From assembly GCA_047150005.1 (NCBI GenBank), contig AP038806.1, positions 2,240,001 through 2,304,000 on the forward strand: a DNA stretch of 64,000 nt, given 5' to 3'. Each line of letters begins with the position of its first letter. The stretch's first letter is position 1. Source of the DNA: Nitrospira sp. GTDB lineage: Bacteria > Nitrospirota > Nitrospiria > Nitrospirales > Nitrospiraceae. Position numbers and translations under genes: made by a program. The notes below the pieces were generated by a model. It was not told where the DNA came from. It did no database searches and worked only from the letters and a program-made list of their open reading frames with translations. Below, piece by piece: positions 55,930-64,000 of the stretch.

Positions 55930-57750
55930 ATGAGCATTCTGGCAAACAAAGACACCCGCGTGGTGATCCAAGGCGGACAGGCTGGTGTCAACGCCGCCCG
56001 CCGCATGGCTGAATTTTGTTATCTCATCAAGCGCCCGCTCAACGTCGAGGCCTTCGTCTATCCGCCCGATGCCGGGAAGACCAACGAGATCCCCTACGGG
56101 AGCGGACTGATCGCCATTCCCGTCTACAAATCCATTGCTGAAGCCACCAAGAATCATCCCGCGATCAATACCAGCCTCGTCTACATCGGCGCAGACCGCG
56201 CGATGAAGGGCGGGATGGAAGCGCTCGACGATCCCCATATCAAGGTCGTGTCGATGATCACCGAGGGGGTGCCGGAGAAAGACGCCAAACTGCTCGGAGC
56301 CCATGCGCGAAAACTGGGCAAGGTGTTCAACGGTCCGTCTTCGATCGGCGTCATTTCGGCCGGCTCGTGTCGGCTGGGTGTGATCGGTGGTGCTTTCGAC
56401 AATCTTGTGTTGTCGAAGCTCTATCGCGAGGGATCGTTCGGGGTCATCACCAAGTCGGGCGGGCTTTCCAACGAGATCATCTGGATCTGTTCCCAATTCG
56501 CCGACGGAATTACCACGGCGATCGGCATCGGCGGCGATGCCTATCCCGGCACGGACTACGTCAGTTATCTTGAGATGTTCGAGAACGATCCTCAGACGAA
56601 GGCGGTGGTCATCGTCGGGGAAATGGGCGGTGACCTCGAAGAGCGCGCCGCCGAGTGGTACGGTGCCAAGAAGCGGCGGATCAAGTTGATCGGGGTCGTG
56701 TCCGGTTTCTGTCAGGAGAGTCTGCCCAAGGGCATGAAATTCGGCCACGCGGGGGCCAAGGAAGGCATGAAGGGGGAAGGGTCGGCCCGGTCGAAATCGG
56801 AAGCGCTCAAGAAGGCCGGCGCGCTCGTGCCCCCCACGTTCGGGGCGCTCGGCCCGGCGATCAAGGAGACCTATCAGGAACTGTTGAAGTCCGGGCAGGT
56901 GAAGGAGCCGGTCGAGCCGACGGTGTTGCCGCGGTTGCCCAAGTCGATCGAAGAAGCGATGAAGGCGGACGAAGTGATGGTGGCGCCGCTGATCCGCACG
57001 ACGATCAGCGACGACCGGGGAGACGAGCCGTGCTACGACGGCTATCCGGCCTCCGAGTTGATCAACAAGGGCTACGAAATCCCCCATGTCATCGGCCTGT
57101 TGTGGGACAAGCGGCTCATCTCCAAACAGGAAGCCGAAATCATCAAGCGCATCATGATGCTGTCGGCCGACCATGGTCCCTGCGTCAGCGGAGCCTACGC
57201 GACAATCTTGGCGGCCTGCGCCGGCATCGGACTCTCACAATCGGTGGCGGCGGGTCTCATCATGATCGGACCGCGTTTCGGCGGCGCGGTGACCGACGCC
57301 GGTCGGTACTTCAAGTATGCCGTTGACAATAAAATGTCCGTGGATGAATTTCTCGCTTACATGAAGAAGAATGTCGGCCCCGTGCCGGGAATCGGCCATC
57401 GGGTGAAGAGCTTGCGCAATCCGGACAAGCGCGTGAAGGAACTGGTGGGATACGTCAAGAGCCTGAGTGTCAAGACGCCCTGCCTGGATTTCGCATTGGA
57501 AGTCGAGAAGGTCACGGCCGTGAAGAAGGACAACCTGATCCTCAACGTGGACGGCACGATGGCGGCGGTGCTCGTCGACATCGGGTTCCCGATCGACAGT
57601 TTGAACGGATTCTTCATTCTGTCGCGTACGATCGGGTTGATCGGACACTGGGTGGATCAGAAGCGCCAGGACAGCCGTCTGATCCGGCTGTTCGACTATT
57701 TGGTCAACTATGCGGCGCCCAAAAGGCGGGAAGTCCCGCCCTTAAAATAG
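55930..57750 (+). CDS. aclA: ATP-citrate lyase alpha subunit
   Basis: CoA-binding region, KFGHAGA phospho-His, DHGPCVSGA, GIGHRVKS, LNVDG. Confidence 0.96.
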   Translation: MSILANKDTRVVIQGGQAGVNAARRMAEFCYLIKRPLNVEAFVYPPDAGKTNEIPYGSGLIAIPVYKSIAEATKNHPAINTSLVYIGADRAMKGGMEALDDPHIKVVSMITEGVPEKDAKLLGAHARKLGKVFNGPSSIGVISAGSCRLGVIGGAFDNLVLSKLYREGSFGVITKSGGLSNEIIWICSQFADGITTAIGIGGDAYPGTDYVSYLEMFENDPQTKAVVIVGEMGGDLEERAAEWYGAKKRRIKLIGVVSGFCQESLPKGMKFGHAGAKEGMKGEGSARSKSEALKKAGALVPPTFGALGPAIKETYQELLKSGQVKEPVEPTVLPRLPKSIEEAMKADEVMVAPLIRTTISDDRGDEPCYDGYPASELINKGYEIPHVIGLLWDKRLISKQEAEIIKRIMMLSADHGPCVSGAYATILAACAGIGLSQSVAAGLIMIGPRFGGAVTDAGRYFKYAVDNKMSVDEFLAYMKKNVGPVPGIGHRVKSLRNPDKRVKELVGYVKSLSVKTPCLDFALEVEKVTAVKKDNLILNVDGTMAAVLVDIGFPIDSLNGFFILSRTIGLIGHWVDQKRQDSRLIRLFDYLVNYAAPKRREVPPLK

Positions 57751-57776
57751 GCGCGAGAAGTTCCGCCGCTTAAGTA

Positions 57777-57851
57777 AGTTTTGAGTTCTGAGTGTTAAGC
57801 GTTGGGTTGTTGGAACGATCAAATTCAACACTTGAAACTACACATTAAAAC
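57777..57851. repeat. Inverted heptamer-repeat element, family B (degenerate)
   Basis: AGTTTTG-AGTTCTG-AGTGTTA-AGCGTTG ... ATTCAAC-ACTTGAA-ACTACAC-ATTAAAA-C. Confidence 0.65.
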
Positions 57852-57864
57852 CGAGGGTGTATTC

Positions 57865-60111
57865 ATGTCACTCGATCTAGCCAAAAAGCTGTATGCCAAG
57901 ATGCCGGACGTCTGCGCGAAAGCCAGAACGAAATTCGGCCGGGGTCTCACGCTCGCCGAGAAAATTCTTGTGTCGCACGCCGACAATTTCGACACGCAGG
58001 TCTGGGAACGCGGGAAAGCCATGCTCGCGTTGAGACCGGACCGGGTGGCGATGCAGGACGCGACGGCCCAGATGGCGATGTTGCAGTTCATGCAGGCCGG
58101 TAAGAAGCAGGCTGCGGTCCCGAGCACGATCCACTGCGATCACTTGATCCGCGCCGAAATGGGATCCCAAAAGGACCTGCTGCGGGCCATGGACGAGAAC
58201 AAGGAAGTTTATAATTTTCTCGCTTCTGCCGCGAAGAAGTACGGGATCGGATTCTGGAAGCCCGGGGCCGGCATCATCCACCAGGTAGTGCTCGAGAACT
58301 ATGCGTTCCCCGGCGGCTTGATCATCGGCACGGATTCCCATACGCCGAACGGCGGCGGGCTCGGCATGCTGGCGATCGGGGTCGGAGGAGCGGATGCCGG
58401 TGAGGTGATGGCCGGATTACCCTGGGAAGTGCTTCATCCGAAGCTGATCGGCGTGCGGTTGACCGGGCGGCTCAGCGGCTGGGCCTCGCCGAAAGACGTG
58501 ATTCTCTATCTGTGCGGGCTCCTGACCGTGAAGGGCGGAACCAACAAGATCGTCGAGTATTTCGGCCCCGGCGCCGAAACCATCAGCGCCACGGGGAAGG
58601 GCACCATCTGCAACATGGGCGCGGAATTGGGCGCGACGACGTCCGTGTTCCCGTTTGATCAGAAAATGGTCGCCTATATGACGATCACCGATCGCGCCGA
58701 TCTGGCCAACTTCGCGCAATCGCACAAGGATCTCCTGGTTGCCGATCCGGAAGTCTATCAATCGCCTGAGAAGTACTACGACCAGATCGTCGAGGTCGAT
58801 CTCTCCAAGCTGGAACCGCACGTCGTCGGACCGCATACGCCGGATCTCGCGCGGCCGATCTCCAAGTTGGCTGCCGAAGCGAAAGAGAAGGGCTATCCGG
58901 TCGAGTTGAAGGCCGCTCTCATCGGCAGCTGCACCAACTCATCCTATGAAGACATCAGCCGGTCCGCCCACATCGCCAAGCAGGGCATGAAGGCCGGACT
59001 TAAGGCCAAAACAGCGTTTCTGGTATCACCCGGCTCTGAGCGCATTTATCACACCATGAAGCGCGACGGGTTCCTGGAGACCTTCGAGCAGCTCGGCGGG
59101 ACCGTCCTGTCGAATTCCTGCGGTCCCTGTATCGGTCAGTGGAAGCGCGCCGACGGGGTGAAGGGGAGAGCCGACTCGATCGTCAGCTCCTTCAACCGGA
59201 ATTTCCCTGGCCGCAACGACGGGATTAACGAGACGCTCTCGTTCCTTGCGAGCCCGGAAGTCGTGACGGCTTATGCGTTGTCGGGCGATCTGGGCTTCGA
59301 CCCGGTGAACGGCAGGCTCAAGGGAGCTGACGGGAAGGAATTCAAGCTCGAGCCGCCACAGGGGGAAGAATTGCCGGCTAAGGGATTTGCCAAGGGCGAG
59401 GAGGGGTTTGTGGCCCCGGCAGAAAACGGGGAGGCCCTGACCGTCGATATCCCCCCGACCAGCGAGCGATTGCAGCTGTTGCAGCCGTTCCCGCGCTGGG
59501 ACGGAAAGGATTTTGAGAAGCTTCCCCTCCTGATCAAGACGAAGGGCAAGACCACGACCGATCACATTTCTCCCGCGGGTCCGTGGTTGAAATTCCGGGG
59601 CCACCTGGACAAGATCAGCGACAACATGTTTCTGGGCGCGAACAACGCGTTCGCCCCAGAGCCGGGCAAGGGAACGGACGTGCTGGCCGGGGAAACCGGG
59701 TTGACGATCGCGCAGATCGCGCGCCGCTACAAGGCAAAGAGCATCGGATCCATCGTCGTCGGCGATGAGAACTATGGCGAGGGCAGCAGCCGGGAACATG
59801 CGGCCATGTCCCCACGCTTCCTCAACGTCCGAGCGGTGATCACGAAGAGCTTTGCCCGCATCCACGAGACCAATCTGAAGAAGCAAGGGATCTTGGCGTT
59901 GACCTTCGCTGATCCGAAGGATTACGAGAAGATCGAGCAGCAGGACCGCATCAGTGTGACGGGGCTGACGAATCTGGCTCCTGGCAAGCCGGTGCAGGTG
60001 ATCATTCACAAGACGGATGGCAACGCGCTCACCATCCAGGCGAACCACAGCATGACGGCACAACAGCTTGCGTGGTTCAAGGCAGGTTCGGCGTTGAACG
60101 CGCTGAACTAA
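57865..60111 (+). CDS. acnA: Aconitate hydratase (mitochondrial-type)
   Basis: DRVAMQDATAQMA, HCDH, GTDSHT, IGSCTNSSYED, CGPCIGQW, GSSREHAA. Confidence 0.95.
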   Translation: MSLDLAKKLYAKMPDVCAKARTKFGRGLTLAEKILVSHADNFDTQVWERGKAMLALRPDRVAMQDATAQMAMLQFMQAGKKQAAVPSTIHCDHLIRAEMGSQKDLLRAMDENKEVYNFLASAAKKYGIGFWKPGAGIIHQVVLENYAFPGGLIIGTDSHTPNGGGLGMLAIGVGGADAGEVMAGLPWEVLHPKLIGVRLTGRLSGWASPKDVILYLCGLLTVKGGTNKIVEYFGPGAETISATGKGTICNMGAELGATTSVFPFDQKMVAYMTITDRADLANFAQSHKDLLVADPEVYQSPEKYYDQIVEVDLSKLEPHVVGPHTPDLARPISKLAAEAKEKGYPVELKAALIGSCTNSSYEDISRSAHIAKQGMKAGLKAKTAFLVSPGSERIYHTMKRDGFLETFEQLGGTVLSNSCGPCIGQWKRADGVKGRADSIVSSFNRNFPGRNDGINETLSFLASPEVVTAYALSGDLGFDPVNGRLKGADGKEFKLEPPQGEELPAKGFAKGEEGFVAPAENGEALTVDIPPTSERLQLLQPFPRWDGKDFEKLPLLIKTKGKTTTDHISPAGPWLKFRGHLDKISDNMFLGANNAFAPEPGKGTDVLAGETGLTIAQIARRYKAKSIGSIVVGDENYGEGSSREHAAMSPRFLNVRAVITKSFARIHETNLKKQGILALTFADPKDYEKIEQQDRISVTGLTNLAPGKPVQVIIHKTDGNALTIQANHSMTAQQLAWFKAGSALNALN

Positions 60112-62367
<2,256 letters not shown>

Positions 62368-62380
62368 GTCATGGACGAGA

Positions 62381-62407
62381 CGGCCGGGCCGCAGGGCGGC
62401 CCGGCCG
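62381..62407. terminator. GC-rich hairpin after icd (no U-tract; terminator or processing/stability stem)
   Basis: CGGCCGGGCCGC-AGG-GCGGCCCGGCCG 12-bp perfect stem. Confidence 0.5.
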
Positions 62408-62463
62408 CAGTCAGCGTCAGGGCAGTCGGTTTCGGCGACGATTCAGCACGAGGATGCGGGAAA

Positions 62464-63174
62464 ATGGCTCAGGACGATACCAACGTCATCGACCAACCTG
62501 AGGTGCTCAAACCCAGGATGGTGACGATCGAAATCTCCGGGAAAAAGTACGAAGTCCCGGAAGGGATCACCGTCATCAAAGCCCTATGGTATACCGGCCA
62601 AGAAGTCGTCAGAGGCGCGGGCTGCCTCGGCGGTTTCTGCGGCGCCTGCGCCACGTACTATCGAACCAAGGACGATCCCAAGGTCAGGACCTGCTTGGCC
62701 TGTCAGACCGCGGTGCAAGAAGGCATGTCGTTCACGATCATGCCGCCGTTCCCGGCCCGGAAAGCCATTTACGATATCCAGACCCTGAAGGACCCCAAGC
62801 AGGACTTGTTCAATCTTTATCCAGAAGCGCCTCTCTGTAGAAACTGCAACGCGTGCACCGAAGCCTGTCCGCAAAAGATCGACGTTCGTGAAGGGGTGTG
62901 GAAGGCTGTGTTCGGCGATTTCAAAAGCGTGTCGGAAATGTTCATGGACTGCGTGATGTGCGGAATGTGCACGCCGGTGTGCATTGCCGATATCGCCCCC
63001 AACCTTGTCGCACTGTATGTGAGCCGGGCGCAGGGTGCGCATTTCGCCGAGAAGCCGGCGGGGTTGCAAACGCGCATCAAGGAGATTCAAGACGGTCGCT
63101 TCAACGACGAGTGGAAGAAGATTCTTGCGATGAACGACAAAGAACTGGGAGAACATTGCGCGACGGTGAAATAG
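62464..63174 (+). CDS. Fumarate reductase/succinate dehydrogenase iron-sulfur subunit
   Basis: [2Fe-2S] GCLGGFCGAC..CLAC plus two CxxCxxCxxxC motifs; upstream of a flavoprotein. Confidence 0.8.
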   Translation: MAQDDTNVIDQPEVLKPRMVTIEISGKKYEVPEGITVIKALWYTGQEVVRGAGCLGGFCGACATYYRTKDDPKVRTCLACQTAVQEGMSFTIMPPFPARKAIYDIQTLKDPKQDLFNLYPEAPLCRNCNACTEACPQKIDVREGVWKAVFGDFKSVSEMFMDCVMCGMCTPVCIADIAPNLVALYVSRAQGAHFAEKPAGLQTRIKEIQDGRFNDEWKKILAMNDKELGEHCATVK

Positions 63175-63257
63175 GATCGAGCCGTCCAAGGAGCGAGTCG
63201 TTGGCCAACGAGACACCTCAACGTTTCCCGTACATGCCGATGCAGCCGTAATCATCT

Positions 63258-64000
63258 ATGGATATCCACGCGCTTCAGCAAATTGTTCACAAGACTCGAG
63301 ATGCACGCCGTAAGCAAGCCATCCCGAAATTTTCTCCCGACGATCGCGACCGGCTGATTCACAAGTACCATCCCGACTTCCGCGCGAGCGCCTATCGTCC
63401 TATTCGATTCGGCCCCAATGCCGGCGACAAGACCGTCGTGGAGCTGGCGACCCTGCTGGAAGGGGATAGTCCGATTCAGAGCGACAGCGACCTGACGCCC
63501 CATTACACGACCGACGTGCTGGTGGTCGGAGGGGGAGGCGCAGGCTGTGCCGCGGCTCTGCATGCGCATGGTGCCGGCTCCAAGGTCATTCTGGCCACCA
63601 AGCTCCGACTCGGGGATTCGAACAGCGTGATGGCCCAGGGAGGGATGCAGATTTCGGTTGCGCCGGAGGACTCGCCGGTCACGCATTTCATCGACACCCT
63701 GAAGGGCGGTCACATGCAAAACGACCATGCCCTGCTCAAGGTGATGGTCGAAGACGGGCCGTCCATCGCGCAATGGCTCATTGATCTCGGCGTTCTGTTC
63801 GACCGGCAGGCGGACGGCAATCTTCATGTGAAGAAGGGCGGCGGCAGCTCGAAGCCCCGTCTCCTGACCTGTTCCGACTACACCGGACTTGAAATCATGC
63901 GGGTGTTGAAGGATGAGGTCATCAATCAAAAGATCCAGTTGCTGGAGTTCTGCGCGGCGGTCGAACTGCTCAGTGACGACGAGGGACGTTGCACCGGCGC
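63258..64000 (+). CDS. Fumarate reductase/succinate dehydrogenase flavoprotein subunit (3'-truncated)
   Basis: Own translation: MDIHALQQIV...DVLVVGGGGAGCAAAL..SNSVMAQGG..HFIDTLKGG; open to the window end, so absent from the ORF track. Confidence 0.85.
   Translation, partial: MDIHALQQIVHKTRDARRKQAIPKFSPDDRDRLIHKYHPDFRASAYRPIRFGPNAGDKTVVELATLLEGDSPIQSDSDLTPHYTTDVLVVGGGGAGCAAALHAHGAGSKVILATKLRLGDSNSVMAQGGMQISVAPEDSPVTHFIDTLKGGHMQNDHALLKVMVEDGPSIAQWLIDLGVLFDRQADGNLHVKKGGGSSKPRLLTCSDYTGLEIMRVLKDEVINQKIQLLEFCAAVELLSDDEGRCTG

Overview
Mostly core chromosome of a GC-rich (by eye roughly 60%) diderm bacterium, very probably Nitrospira (Nitrospirota). The basis is the combination of ATP-citrate lyase aclBA, a five-subunit 2-oxoacid:ferredoxin oxidoreductase, aconitase, monomeric IDH and fumarate-reductase subunits, i.e. 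a reductive TCA carbon-fixation cluster. In order: end of the dcw cluster (murB-ddl-ftsQ-ftsA-ftsZ-pgeF-yggS-proC-yggT-divIVA); pilC-pilS-pilR; ispE-prs-rplY-pth-ychF; an imuB-dnaE2 mutasome cassette without imuA but with a palindromic operator on its promoter; rpsF-ssb-rpsR-yceD-rpmF-plsX-fabHDG-acpP-fabF-rnc; two tandem cyclophilins; folD-metF-panB; apaH and queF; then the rTCA genes. The for and acl blocks are separated by about 7 kb holding an Rsm22/METTL17-like methyltransferase, an intact IS5-family element, a ~240-bp nested palindromic element and a lower-GC gene for a membrane-anchored, multi-zinc-ribbon HNH nuclease, which is the best candidate for an undescribed (defence) system. Several intergenic regions contain inverted heptamer-repeat elements and candidate structured RNAs. 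No rRNA, tRNA or CRISPR array was recognised. All calls are by motif recognition only; no database searches were run.
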